Shown: piece after piece, positions 1 through 12,031 of the stretch | How positions within the stretch are numbered: position 1 is the stretch's first letter | How the letters are laid out: each line of letters opens with the position of its first letter | Assembly (NCBI RefSeq): GCF_029227855.1 | Contig: NZ_CP074357.1 | Source: Escherichia coli | GTDB taxonomy: Bacteria; Pseudomonadota; Gammaproteobacteria; Enterobacterales; Enterobacteriaceae | Direction: 5' to 3' (one strand) | Length of the DNA stretch: 64,000 bases | Notes under the pieces: model-generated | Seen by the model: only the letters and a program-made list of their open reading frames with translations | Told to the model about the DNA's origin: nothing | Databases searched by the model: none | Made by a program: the position numbers and the translations under genes

Positions 1-2
1 GC

Positions 3-2396
<2,394 letters not shown>

Positions 2397-2409
2397 AGGA
2401 GTTCGTTTG

Positions 2410-2422
2410 AAAAGTTACTTTT
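2410..2422. repeat. Copy of dispersed 13-bp palindrome AAAAGTTACTTTT
   Basis: Exact palindrome read directly in sequence. Confidence 0.6.
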
Positions 2423-2531
2423 TTGCACATTAAGCCGAGATGTAAGACCAGTAGTAAAAGAAGCACTAAGCATAGCACTGATAAATAACTTATTTTTCAG
2501 CATGTTATAACCAGTGCATACCTGGTAGCTT

Positions 2532-3407
2532 TCAACCTTGTTTGGCGAGGGCCAGCTTAGGGCTTCTTTTGAAGATCTGAAATTGTATGTCGCGACCTTT
2601 CTTAACTTCTTGATAATCGAGATATCCGATAGATTCAAGTTCCCGCATTGCTTTACGAATTATCTGGTTTTGCGTACGAATAGGGGTTGTAAGAAGCAAC
2701 CTTTCCCTCAACCGTTTCATATTAACGAACAACGTACCAGCTGGCATTGCTTCAAAATAAATATAGAGAGATTGCGCAGCTTCTTTTTTAGCCAAAATGT
2801 ATAGAACCTGAAGGCTTAACAATGTCTTATGGTCGTAACGATACAGTTCCCACATAGAAGGATCCCCAACCAACTCAACAGTATCGCTTTTTGGATCAAT
2901 CATAGCCTTCTGCACCAGATGCGTTACTGTGAACCGACCACTCCGAGAGTCTGAGAAGGCAAGCACTACCGATGCAAGGTTCATTAATGACTCTTTAAAG
3001 CGCGCACGAGTTCGTTTGTTGATGTTTGTTGAACTGATACCACACATCTTCGCAAACTCGTTAAAAGTCAGGGTAATCTTCTCGGAAGTAAAACCATATT
3101 TACTGAAAGCCATGATGATCCCGAGCCAGCACTTAAAGTCGGTAGACATAGATAGTTTGACACCAGTTATCTTGATGTCGTCATAACCCTCCGATCTTGC
3201 AATTTCCATACACGAAAGCTCATCAGAGGCATCAACTTCAAAGTTTCGGTCGCGGTTTTCTTTTGTGCCGACAGGGGTAAATACACTCAATCTCAACAGG
3301 GCCACGGGCTGAACCGACTTGGACGAGTTAGGCGTCAGTTGATAAGTCTTACCTGATTCATTACTGGTTACGTCAAAAGGATGGATTAACTCGTTGTTTT
3401 TAATCAT
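2532..3407 (-). CDS. repA: Iteron-binding replication initiator RepA (P1/RepFIB type)
   Basis: 291 aa; conserved blocks shared with recalled P1 RepA / F RepFIB RepA (TVQPVAL.RL.VF, DFK.W.GII, AQ.LY.YFE); iterons on both sides. Confidence 0.85.
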   Translation of the reverse strand: MIKNNELIHPFDVTSNESGKTYQLTPNSSKSVQPVALLRLSVFTPVGTKENRDRNFEVDASDELSCMEIARSEGYDDIKITGVKLSMSTDFKCWLGIIMAFSKYGFTSEKITLTFNEFAKMCGISSTNINKRTRARFKESLMNLASVVLAFSDSRSGRFTVTHLVQKAMIDPKSDTVELVGDPSMWELYRYDHKTLLSLQVLYILAKKEAAQSLYIYFEAMPAGTLFVNMKRLRERLLLTTPIRTQNQIIRKAMRELESIGYLDYQEVKKGRDIQFQIFKRSPKLALAKQG

Positions 3408-3464
3408 TAACTTAACTCGTCGGTGATAAGATTTTCATTTGGCAAACTGTTTATAACATATTCT

Positions 3465-3563
3465 TGCAAATGCTTTTTACGCATTAACCTAAATGCCATA
3501 AGCATTCCAGTAAATGCCTTCCTTATTCATTCAAATGCTTTTCGCATGCATCCGAATGCCGGA
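3465..3563. repeat. Iterons upstream of repA (opposite orientation), likely origin/promoter iterons
   Basis: Repeated AAATGCYTT / CATTCAAATGCTTTTC units, reverse complement of the 2141-2396 iteron family. Confidence 0.65.
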
Positions 3564-3606
3564 TCCTTTCATAAAGTCACTATAATCAATGAGTTAAAGA
3601 TGCCGT

Positions 3607-3654
3607 GATCTTTACTTGAACTCTATTGATCTTTAGTGATCTAAAGAATTGATC
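3607..3654. promoter_or_regulatory. Cluster of four TGATCT (GATC) repeats beside the origin iterons; P1 oriR-like Dam-methylation element
   Basis: GATC at 3607, 3628, 3638 and 3651 within 48 bp, each in a TGATCT context. Confidence 0.55.
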
Positions 3655-3883
3655 TATCCTGTTGAAAACAATGATAAGTCCATATAAAACAAGGAATAGC
3701 GCTCCTTTAACAATATCTACAGATCGCAAACGGAAATGAACGAGGGTCTACTATCATTGTTTTATTCAAGACAGTTTTTATTTTAATTTTATTAAGCAAA
3801 TTTTTTGAGTTTACCTTTTAGATGTATCAGCCCTATTTGGCAAATTTGAGGTTCATGTATCATGTAGTAAACAGGAGGAAGAT

Positions 3884-4939
3884 ATGAACAACAGCAAACA
3901 TACAGTCATTGAAGTGGATACTAATCTAGTTGAAATTGAAAAGGGATTTAATCCCCGAGAGGCGGTAATCGGAGATTTGTGTTACGAACAAGAACCTGTC
4001 AAGTCGATGATTGTGTCAATCAAACAAGCCTTTAAGGAAGGAAGGCAGGTTGATATGATCAAGGTCGTAAAAAGAAAAGGTAAATATTTAGTTCGTCAAG
4101 GTCATACTCGTTTTCATGGCTTAAAATTAGCAATTTCTGAAGGTGCTAATATTCCAAAATTATCTGTTATCCTAATCGATTATAAAAACGAAATTGAAGA
4201 ATACCTTGAGAACCTCGATGGTAACAGAAGCAATGGGCTAAATCCGGTTGGGCAAGCTCATGCATTAGCTCATGCTGTTAGTCTCGGGTATTCGGTTGAA
4301 GAACTAGCAATGCGATATCAACGATCAACTACCGCAATTCGTAATATGCTAAAAATCCTTGATATGCCATTAGAGCTTCAACATTTGATTAGCCTAAATC
4401 TAATCAAAAAAACGCTCGCCATTGAAATAATGTTAAAATATTCCAACGATCACAAAATGGTTTTAAAACATATAGAAGGTTTCTTACCTGGCGTTAAGAA
4501 TATTGAGACTACAACGAGCAAAATTGTAGGCATACCTGAACACAATGCAGCTGGAGCAGGACCAGACACCTTAAATAAAGGCGGACCAGAAAAGAAAAAT
4601 TCGGCAGTCACTCGTAAGACTTTGGGTATTAAGCGCCTCTCGCATAAGAAAACAGAACGGCTAAAATCTGAATTTCTTGAGCTTGTGGAAAGTACACATA
4701 CGGAATCTATAACGAATACTCAAACAGAACTAAAATTTGGTAGAGATAGTGCACACTTGTTCAAAAATGTTAATAGTAATAATGTAATATTTTCCAATGA
4801 TGGTGTTCAAATAATCTTGAATGATGAAAAGCTAAATATTTTATTGTCTTTACTTAACGACGAAAATACAGCAATCATTGTTTCTAAACCAAAATTAGAA
4901 GAGCTTCTGGAAATTCGAGATCTCCTTAAGGAATATTAA
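3884..4939 (+). CDS. ParB/KorB-like DNA-binding protein (ParB N-terminal domain plus HTH), paralog 1
   Basis: 351 aa; GFNPRE and VRQGHTRFHGLKLA (ParB-box-like) then HTH SVEELAMRYQRSTTAIRNMLKILDMPLELQ; RBS AGGAGG. Confidence 0.75.
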   Translation: MNNSKHTVIEVDTNLVEIEKGFNPREAVIGDLCYEQEPVKSMIVSIKQAFKEGRQVDMIKVVKRKGKYLVRQGHTRFHGLKLAISEGANIPKLSVILIDYKNEIEEYLENLDGNRSNGLNPVGQAHALAHAVSLGYSVEELAMRYQRSTTAIRNMLKILDMPLELQHLISLNLIKKTLAIEIMLKYSNDHKMVLKHIEGFLPGVKNIETTTSKIVGIPEHNAAGAGPDTLNKGGPEKKNSAVTRKTLGIKRLSHKKTERLKSEFLELVESTHTESITNTQTELKFGRDSAHLFKNVNSNNVIFSNDGVQIILNDEKLNILLSLLNDENTAIIVSKPKLEELLEIRDLLKEY

Positions 4940-4956
4940 AAACGAGGATTAGTTGA

Positions 4957-5157
4957 GTGATTAAACCTATAAAGCTGACTCTTATCGATAATTATAGTGA
5001 TTTGCTTCTAACTCATGAAGTCCTTAAACGCAACATGGAAGAGTTAGAACACGGTAAACGTTTTGATCAATTTCCTGAAGGGCATGACCACTATGAAAAA
5101 ACTGTGAAAGAAGCTGTAGCAATCGTAGAGGCACGTTTGGAGGTGTTTCGAAAATGA
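4957..5157 (+). CDS. Hypothetical small protein
   Basis: 66 aa, GTG start, immediately downstream of the parB-like gene. Confidence 0.45.
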   Translation: MIKPIKLTLIDNYSDLLLTHEVLKRNMEELEHGKRFDQFPEGHDHYEKTVKEAVAIVEARLEVFRK

Positions 5158-5870
5158 AATCTCTTTTCTTTACTCTTGATGGTCATATGGTACCAGCCTC
5201 AGTGAATGTATCACTTAACGGAGATGGAAATTATTATGCACCTATCGAAAGAGAATGTAACGAATGTGCGGGCACAGGCCACAAAGGGGCTGATTTATGT
5301 GAAAAGTGTCATGGGGTACAAACAGTTGGACCCATTATTGAAAAATTAGTGGCACTAGAGCCAATTACCTTTCTCGATAACATTCCGGAACTGCGTGTTA
5401 ACCCAACACTCGAAGCATGGAAATCCAGAAACCACGTCCTTATTGAGAAAGCAAAAAAGGCTAACACTAAGTTTTCTAATAGTATATTGGCGCAATTAGA
5501 CAATAACCGTTTCTTGACAGAACGCCAGCTGGATTGTTTCTTTACAACTTTTGATGTGATGTTGTCTGAAACTCCGGAAAATGAACAAGAAATTTTAAAA
5601 CATAGCTACAATATCGGCCAGGTCATAAGCATTGAACTAACATTTACTGAAGTCAGGGCCGCGTACGCAAAAAGTAAAGGGAGTTATTTTTTTACATTTA
5701 CTGGTAAAGTTAGAAATGACGGGATCGCTTTAACGGCCGATAAACAGGATCACATTTTATTGGGTGAACGTTATCATTTGACTGGAAAAGTCAGAAAATT
5801 CTATGAATTTGATTCGAAAAATTATGCTGCAATAACAGTTTTTAAGTTAAATAAACTCCAAGACAGTTAA
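5154..5870 (+). CDS. Hypothetical protein with DnaJ-like CxxCxGxG zinc-finger motif
   Basis: 238 aa; CNECAGTGHKG...CEKCHG; ATGA overlap with the upstream ORF. Confidence 0.55.
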   Translation: MKSLFFTLDGHMVPASVNVSLNGDGNYYAPIERECNECAGTGHKGADLCEKCHGVQTVGPIIEKLVALEPITFLDNIPELRVNPTLEAWKSRNHVLIEKAKKANTKFSNSILAQLDNNRFLTERQLDCFFTTFDVMLSETPENEQEILKHSYNIGQVISIELTFTEVRAAYAKSKGSYFFTFTGKVRNDGIALTADKQDHILLGERYHLTGKVRKFYEFDSKNYAAITVFKLNKLQDS

Positions 5871-6101
5871 ATGTTTTTGCTGCTTAAATATAGAGCCAAG
5901 ACTTTAACTGTCGTTAGGACTCACTCACGTAATATTGTTGCTTACGCAATGGGTTTTATCCCTCATAAAGATCTGCGAGTATAAATCTTTTACATTTAAA
6001 TTCTCCTCTATCAGAACCTTTTCTATTGTAAAAAAATGATAATCTTATTAATTATAATTTTAATTTTTTGTATACCAATACCATACAGTTAAGGCTAAAA
6101 G

Positions 6102-6959
6102 GTGATGATGGAGATGGACTTTAAAATGCACAATGATCTGGGTCTCGGTTTCATTTGTAAAAATGCAAGAACATCGTCAAAGCCAACGTTAAGAAAAGTT
6201 ACTTTTCCGGTAAGCGCATATGAAACGTCTAAGCTTTCTTTAACCGGTTTTCAATGCCCCACAGCCTGCCGTTTTCCTTTTTTTGTGCTATGCATGATAA
6301 TCCATAACCATCTTTCGTCTGCATGCCCTATCACCCAAAATGAATGTTCAAATCATATCTCGCAATTTTCTATCGACATTAAAGTACAAGATTGGCTTAG
6401 CCGTTCAAGAGTAGCGTTTATTGATTTCCATAATCTTAGAAATACAGATAAAGCCACTTTAATAACAGTGAACCATCTTGAAGCTTTACTTACTGTTATG
6501 TCGACTACTCTTGTCGCTTATGTTCCATATTCAAAAAAGAGACTAAACTTTAGCTTTCTAAACTCATTCACTTTGTCTAAAACTTCTCAAAGTTACACAT
6601 TAACTTTCCCGGTAGTTCTCAGTCCGCTTTTAGATGCTCTTGGCGACTTCATTCAGGAATGCATAACCGAAAAATTGTTAAAACGACGAAATTCGAATTT
6701 CATGGTTTACGAGTATCTTAAACGTTCAGGCCAGAGCTCTCATAAAGTGGAGGACATTAATAACGACTTACAGCTTAAAAGTCTAAATATAAGACTTATG
6801 AGCGTCCTTACTGGCCTTTCTCAGCAAGGACTCATTTCATTTATTTGCGAAGGAAAGAGGGGCGACCGGAGAATAGAAGAGCTTCAGTTTATACCTTATG
6901 TTCAACGAACTTACCCTGAGGTATTAACTTTTGAGGAATGGATTAGCCCAGTTGATTAG
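6102..6959 (+). CDS. Hypothetical protein; convergent partner of the Dam-like methyltransferase
   Basis: 285 aa ORF in an AT-rich region, RBS present; contains palindrome copy 6194-6206 so the true start may be internal (Met at 6294). Confidence 0.45.
   Translation: MMMEMDFKMHNDLGLGFICKNARTSSKPTLRKVTFPVSAYETSKLSLTGFQCPTACRFPFFVLCMIIHNHLSSACPITQNECSNHISQFSIDIKVQDWLSRSRVAFIDFHNLRNTDKATLITVNHLEALLTVMSTTLVAYVPYSKKRLNFSFLNSFTLSKTSQSYTLTFPVVLSPLLDALGDFIQECITEKLLKRRNSNFMVYEYLKRSGQSSHKVEDINNDLQLKSLNIRLMSVLTGLSQQGLISFICEGKRGDRRIEELQFIPYVQRTYPEVLTFEEWISPVD
6194..6206. repeat. Copy of dispersed 13-bp palindrome AAAAGTTACTTTT
   Basis: Exact copy, inside the annotated 5' part of ORF 6102-6959. Confidence 0.6.
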
Positions 6960-6967
6960 AATTTACT

Positions 6968-7801
6968 CTATTTCAGCACGGCCAGTATTTCTGTTTCCGT
7001 TTTCCGTGTATTCGGCTTACTTCCTACGGATCGGTAAGCGCTGAGTCTGTGTATGACGAATCCACGCTCTTCATAGAGGCCCAAAGTGAATGATGTCAGG
7101 CTATTTGATATCGCAACAGCAGCGCCTTTTCTGTGAGCGTCAACGAGCATATTTGCTAACAGCACGTGGTCGCTTTGGCTGAACGGTTTACCATCGTAAC
7201 TGACAAAACTAGTTTTGCTTGTTTTGTCATATGGCGGATCACAGTAAATCTGATCTCCTTCACCGGTTGCGGCCAGAGTCTCCTCAAAACCAGCGGTGAT
7301 CAGTTCAATACCTGAAAGACGAAATGAAAGGTAGTCTATTTTATTGAGGTCAAGCTTCAGTTCTGTATGTTTCCCCCACGGCACTGAATAGATTCTTTCT
7401 GAGTTATAGCGGCACATACCGTTATAGCCCAGGCGATTCAGGGAGTAAAACAAAGCCGCTCTTTGAAGCGATTGACCAGAAATACAGGTTTTGTTGAAAC
7501 GGTCCCTCATCTCATAGTAGTCCTTTTCGACAAAGGTTTTATCCGCCAAGTTTTGGACCTGATTTATAAAGTTAGTTTTCTGTCTTTGAATAGTCCTGTA
7601 TAGGTTGATCAAGTCTGGATTGCTATCTGCAAGCAATGCATTTTGTGCAAACATGTTCAGAAAAACGGCACCACCGCCTATAAAGGGTTCTACCCACCGG
7701 CAACTATGATCGTGTGGGTAGTGATGGCTGATGAAAGGCATCAGTTTCGTTTTTCCACCAGCCCATTTGATTATCGGCATGTGTCTGAGATGTCGAGTCA
7801 A
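6968..7801 (-). CDS. Dam-family N6-adenine DNA methyltransferase (alpha class)
   Basis: 277 aa; IIKWAGGK, EPFIGGGAVF (motif I), CDPPY (motif IV), NRLGYNGMCRYN; near-colinear with recalled E. coli Dam. Confidence 0.9.
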   Translation of the reverse strand: MTRHLRHMPIIKWAGGKTKLMPFISHHYPHDHSCRWVEPFIGGGAVFLNMFAQNALLADSNPDLINLYRTIQRQKTNFINQVQNLADKTFVEKDYYEMRDRFNKTCISGQSLQRAALFYSLNRLGYNGMCRYNSERIYSVPWGKHTELKLDLNKIDYLSFRLSGIELITAGFEETLAATGEGDQIYCDPPYDKTSKTSFVSYDGKPFSQSDHVLLANMLVDAHRKGAAVAISNSLTSFTLGLYEERGFVIHRLSAYRSVGSKPNTRKTETEILAVLK

Positions 7802-8056
7802 AGTGTCTATACCTGAGAGAGAAATTTAGGTGCTGGTATCGTACCTAACCACGGGCTTTAACTAATAACTTAGGGAGCAAAAAAAAGTTGTTTAAGACGC
7901 ACAGTTTTGACTTTCAGCATTTCGGATTTATAAGATTTTTCCTCACTTATACCTGAACTTTATGTTTTGGATTTATGTATTTGTTTATGAAGCGATTTTT
8001 ATGCCATCACAAGTAATGGGGAGCCACCTTTTTTTGTAAAAAATCAGAATAGGCTC

Positions 8057-8069
8057 AAAAAGTACCTTT
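8057..8069. repeat. Variant copy of dispersed palindrome (AAAAGTACCTTTT)
   Basis: One mismatch to consensus; 93 bp upstream of parB-like gene 8150. Confidence 0.45.
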
Positions 8070-8149
8070 TTTGCGAAAAATTATGAATTTTTTTTTCGGT
8101 AGTATCCCCGCTACGCAGAAAGTAAGCAGAAAAATGTAACGGAGCCCCT

Positions 8150-9313
8150 ATGAGTGTTTTACTGACAGAACCTACACAGCAAGCTAATGACAAGGTCTTT
8201 AAAACGGCCCATGTTGCCTTTTCAGTAGTTACTGGCACAGGCCGTTACGTCACTGGGCTTAAACAGTTCCGTGATGCAAACCCTGAACTTTGTACTGAAG
8301 TAAGTGACCAGAAAGCATGGGCTATCCACCCTTCAGTAATTCAGGTCACGCCAGGCTTCAACTCCCGCGAAATGGGAATGGGTGACGATTACTATAAGCT
8401 CCCTGAGGTTGAAGAACACATCTACAACATCAAGAATGCCTACATTCGAGGTGACTATGTAGACCCTATCCGAGTACGTGTCATTGATGGGGTACCTTTT
8501 GTTCGCCAGGGGCACTGCCGTTTAAAAGCCGCAATGATGGCATGTGATGAAGATCATGACATCACAATCCTTTGCGTTGAGATTAAAGAAGATGAAATTG
8601 GCTGTGAGCTCGCGACCATTGATGGTAACCGTGGTCTTGCGCTTTCTCCTGTTGCGCTTGGCGAGTCCTATCGTCGCCTACATTCTCTTGCTGGCTGGTC
8701 ACTCGAACGAATTGCTCAACGTGAAAATAAAAGCCCGACGACCATCAGTTCTCTTATCCGCCTGACAACCTGTTCTGTTGTTATCAAGAAATGGATTCAT
8801 GCTGACGCTATTTCGTATGTTAACGTGCTTTCACTGATCGATGAGCTCGGCGAAACAGAAGCAATTTCACGTATCAAGAAGATGATCGCAGAACTTGAGC
8901 AGGCCGATGCGAATGGCATCACGGTGAAAAAAACCCAACATGGTCAGGTACGAGTCAGACCTTCAGACTTCAAGCCAGCACGGATTCCGCCGGTTATTGC
9001 CACAAAAGCCGTAGAAGGCGTCAAACTCATCACCACCAGCTTATTACAGAAACTGGGGGATATTGAATTGCCGGAGCTGACAGATTCAAGTGCTGACGAA
9101 GAAATCAACATTACGTTGAACCGCAGTACTCTGGAGATGTTGAGAAATCTTTCAAAAGAGATCACAGAATCAGAGAACAAGCAGCTTCGCCGTGCGGAGA
9201 ATCGTCAGGCAAAACTTAATGGTGAGAAGCCAAAATACCCACGTAAAAAAAATGCTAAGAAGGCAGGGGAAGAGACCGATCAGGATACTGACCCACAGCC
9301 GGACGCAGAATAA
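8150..9313 (+). CDS. ParB/KorB-like DNA-binding protein, paralog 2
   Basis: 387 aa; GFNSRE and VRQGHCRLKAA, HTH LERIAQRENKSPTTISSLIRL; acidic C-terminus. Confidence 0.75.
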   Translation: MSVLLTEPTQQANDKVFKTAHVAFSVVTGTGRYVTGLKQFRDANPELCTEVSDQKAWAIHPSVIQVTPGFNSREMGMGDDYYKLPEVEEHIYNIKNAYIRGDYVDPIRVRVIDGVPFVRQGHCRLKAAMMACDEDHDITILCVEIKEDEIGCELATIDGNRGLALSPVALGESYRRLHSLAGWSLERIAQRENKSPTTISSLIRLTTCSVVIKKWIHADAISYVNVLSLIDELGETEAISRIKKMIAELEQADANGITVKKTQHGQVRVRPSDFKPARIPPVIATKAVEGVKLITTSLLQKLGDIELPELTDSSADEEINITLNRSTLEMLRNLSKEITESENKQLRRAENRQAKLNGEKPKYPRKKNAKKAGEETDQDTDPQPDAE

Positions 9314-9402
9314 TTTACTTTTGGCAAAGTGCTGGTTTTGTCAGAGTCATTAAGGATTCAGGCTTTTTGCCCGCCTTTTTTAAACCTCCATGTATCGTTC
9401 TT

Positions 9403-9429
9403 GCCCCGTTTATGCGGGGCTTTTTTTTT
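9403..9429 (+). terminator. Rho-independent terminator
   Basis: GC hairpin GCCCCGTTTATGCGGGGC followed by T9. Confidence 0.7.
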
Positions 9430-9560
9430 GCTTCTTTCTATGAGTTGACATCTTTAAGTTTTATTCAGAGACATAAAAAACTTTTTCGTGTCACTGAACC
9501 TATTAGGTTACTGAGCGACGTTGCTATCCTGGTAAAAGTTTTTTCTAAAGGACCGGTAAA

Positions 9561-11252
9561 ATGTCATCTCTTGATTCTGAAGCTAAACCCGATAATGCAG
9601 GTCACAGCGTACTGGCTTTAACAACCTCTCATAGCCTGGTGGTTAGCTCTCCTGAAACATTTCTTCCAGATATGCGCAAAGAGCTCGGCATTATCGCGGA
9701 TCTTGTTGAGTCCTATAATGATGAACTCTGCTTGTTGAAACTCATGGCTGTCCAGTTCAAAACCCACAATCACCAGAAACTTTATTCTTATCTCTCAGGC
9801 TACAACCACAGCATCTCAGAAGCGGATGCTTTGTTCGCAGAAAACGCTCTGAGATCAGAATACTGGAAACGCGTTATGGCACTCACTGATGTTTTGCCTA
9901 TCATGTCGGATGCCAAACGTAACGAATGGGATAAGCAGTTTACGGCCGACCGTTATATTATGCCGCCTCAGGTGATCCCTGATTTCACAGCTGACGCTGT
10001 AGTGGGCACAGTCGTTGCTTTGCTTAATGACCGCAATCAATTTATTAAAGAAAGGGTTTACGACGTCTTCCAGTCTCTGAGCCGCAGTCACAAGACAAAC
10101 AAAGCTTTTGGGTTCTCCACCCGCATGATCACTACCGGAGTTTGCGAGCCGTCTAAATACCCCTGGCAGAAATTAAGGGTGGATTTTAAAGAGTCTGGCA
10201 TTTCACCGCTGAGCGAGCTCCGCGTTATATGCGCATTCTTCCGTGGCGAACAGGTGAAGGCGATCCATAACACCAAATCATTGGTTGAGGCGTTGGTCGA
10301 ACATGAGGGGTTCAGAAAATGGATCTGCATCGATGGCAACAGTATTCGTTTCAGGGTTTACAAAAATGGATCAATGCATATTGACGTCCACCCTGATATC
10401 GCCGAGCGGCTTAACAATATTTTATCAGCTATCGTACCGCTGGCATTACCTGCCGACCGTATGGCTCATAGCAAGAAATCTTTGGAGGCATTCCCTGTAC
10501 TTAAGCAGTGCATCGACTTTGATACCCGGATGCAGCTTTCTGAACTGATGTTTAAAAATGACGGGGACAATAAATGGAGTTGCTGGACATCTTTAGGGTC
10601 TCTCGCCGAACGCAAATCTTCGAGTGTTGCCGCTGACACCCTTCGGTTCTTAGGGGCAACAGTAACAAAATACGATGTGACATTTTCCTATGATCCGTGT
10701 GAGGTTATTCGTTACATCGGCCAGATAGGGGAGATGCCTGATATTGTATCGCATCAGTTTTACCCTTCATCTTGCCGAATCAGCGAATATGTATCTTCCC
10801 TGCTTGGTGCAGGGGAAGGGGATACCCTCCTGGAGCCTAATATTGGCCATGCGGATTTGCTTAAATCATTCCCTGCCGGTGTGATCGTTACTGGCATCGA
10901 GCTTGATACTTTGAATTGCCTTATCTCCCGGGCTAAGGGATACGATACGACAGAAGCTGACTTCCTCACATGGTCTAAGTCTAATCAACAGAAGAAGTTT
11001 GATTATGTCGTGATGAACCCACCTTTTGCCGATAACCGGGCCAGGCTGCATCTCCAGGCAGCTGCATCTCATCTCGCAGCCGGGGGATCTCTAGCAGCCG
11101 TTCTTCCATTATCTCTTCAGGGGCTCGATAACCTTTTGGGGGAAGAATTCCGGACGGAATGGATGGACGTTTTTGAGAACGAGTTTGAAAACACGACCGT
11201 TTCGGTTCGCATCCTGTACGCCGAACGTATTCAACAAGAGGAAGTCCTATGA
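9561..11252 (+). CDS. N6-adenine-type DNA methyltransferase with large N-terminal domain
   Basis: 563 aa; C-terminal catalytic region with EPNIGHADLL (motif I-like) and VVMNPPF (motif IV); paralogous to the MTase domain of 28362-29186. Confidence 0.75.
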   Translation: MSSLDSEAKPDNAGHSVLALTTSHSLVVSSPETFLPDMRKELGIIADLVESYNDELCLLKLMAVQFKTHNHQKLYSYLSGYNHSISEADALFAENALRSEYWKRVMALTDVLPIMSDAKRNEWDKQFTADRYIMPPQVIPDFTADAVVGTVVALLNDRNQFIKERVYDVFQSLSRSHKTNKAFGFSTRMITTGVCEPSKYPWQKLRVDFKESGISPLSELRVICAFFRGEQVKAIHNTKSLVEALVEHEGFRKWICIDGNSIRFRVYKNGSMHIDVHPDIAERLNNILSAIVPLALPADRMAHSKKSLEAFPVLKQCIDFDTRMQLSELMFKNDGDNKWSCWTSLGSLAERKSSSVAADTLRFLGATVTKYDVTFSYDPCEVIRYIGQIGEMPDIVSHQFYPSSCRISEYVSSLLGAGEGDTLLEPNIGHADLLKSFPAGVIVTGIELDTLNCLISRAKGYDTTEADFLTWSKSNQQKKFDYVVMNPPFADNRARLHLQAAASHLAAGGSLAAVLPLSLQGLDNLLGEEFRTEWMDVFENEFENTTVSVRILYAERIQQEEVL

Positions 11253-11425
11253 GCAACCAACCCACCAGCCTGCCAGAAGAAGATATTGAGTTTGTTATGG
11301 ATACCTTTCAGAGGAGCATGGGTAAATCCAAGCCTGTCAGGGATACTCAACTAGAGGGTGAGAAACCGCAAAGTAAAGAGTCCGCAAACTCAACTGAAAA
11401 CCCCGGTTATGAAGAATTCTATTAA
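11249..11425 (+). CDS. Small acidic hypothetical protein, translationally coupled to the upstream methyltransferase
   Basis: 58 codons, ATGA overlap with the MTase stop; below the ORF-track length cutoff. Confidence 0.35.
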   Translation: MSNQPTSLPEEDIEFVMDTFQRSMGKSKPVRDTQLEGEKPQSKESANSTENPGYEEFY

Positions 11426-11647
11426 TTACGCTCATGATATCCTGGTGCAGTTATTTAGAATGATATTTGAGGGATGGGGGACATTGTGATTAAAAGGCGT
11501 AACATTCGACGATCAGTTTATGGATTGCTTATTGTTCTTATCGCCGGAAATGTGTGGTTAGGCCGTAAGCGTCGTCTGAGTACCGTCTGGTCCCGAATCC
11601 AGGATCCTGTAACTTAAGCACCCACTTATTTTGCAGGTGGACACCTC

Positions 11648-12031
11648 ATGCGCGCTAAAGAAAGACTTCCCCGGAAACACTATTCCCCTGAATTCAAAAT
11701 GGAACTGGTCAGGCTGGCTCTTGAAGAAGAAGGCAGTATTGCCGCACTGGCCCGGAAACATGACGTCAATGATAACCTGCTCTTTAAATGGATAAGGCTC
11801 TGGCAGCGTGAAGGGCGGGTCTGTCGGCCCCGAAAAAACTCATCGTCGCTTCCTGCCCTGATACCCGTGCAGCTTCAGGCGGGCTCTTCTCTCCCAACCT
11901 TCGAACTACCATCCTGCTCTCCTCCCGCTACCTGCCACATAAAATGTCGGGGAGGAGAAATAACACTGACTCATCCCTCTGCTGAACTCATGAGCACTGT
12001 CCTGCGCGAACTGATGCGGGGGCCTGTATGA
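11648..12031 (+). CDS. IS66-family accessory protein TnpA
   Basis: 127 aa; HTH-like N-terminus typical of IS66 orf1. Confidence 0.8.
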   Translation: MRAKERLPRKHYSPEFKMELVRLALEEEGSIAALARKHDVNDNLLFKWIRLWQREGRVCRPRKNSSSLPALIPVQLQAGSSLPTFELPSCSPPATCHIKCRGGEITLTHPSAELMSTVLRELMRGPV

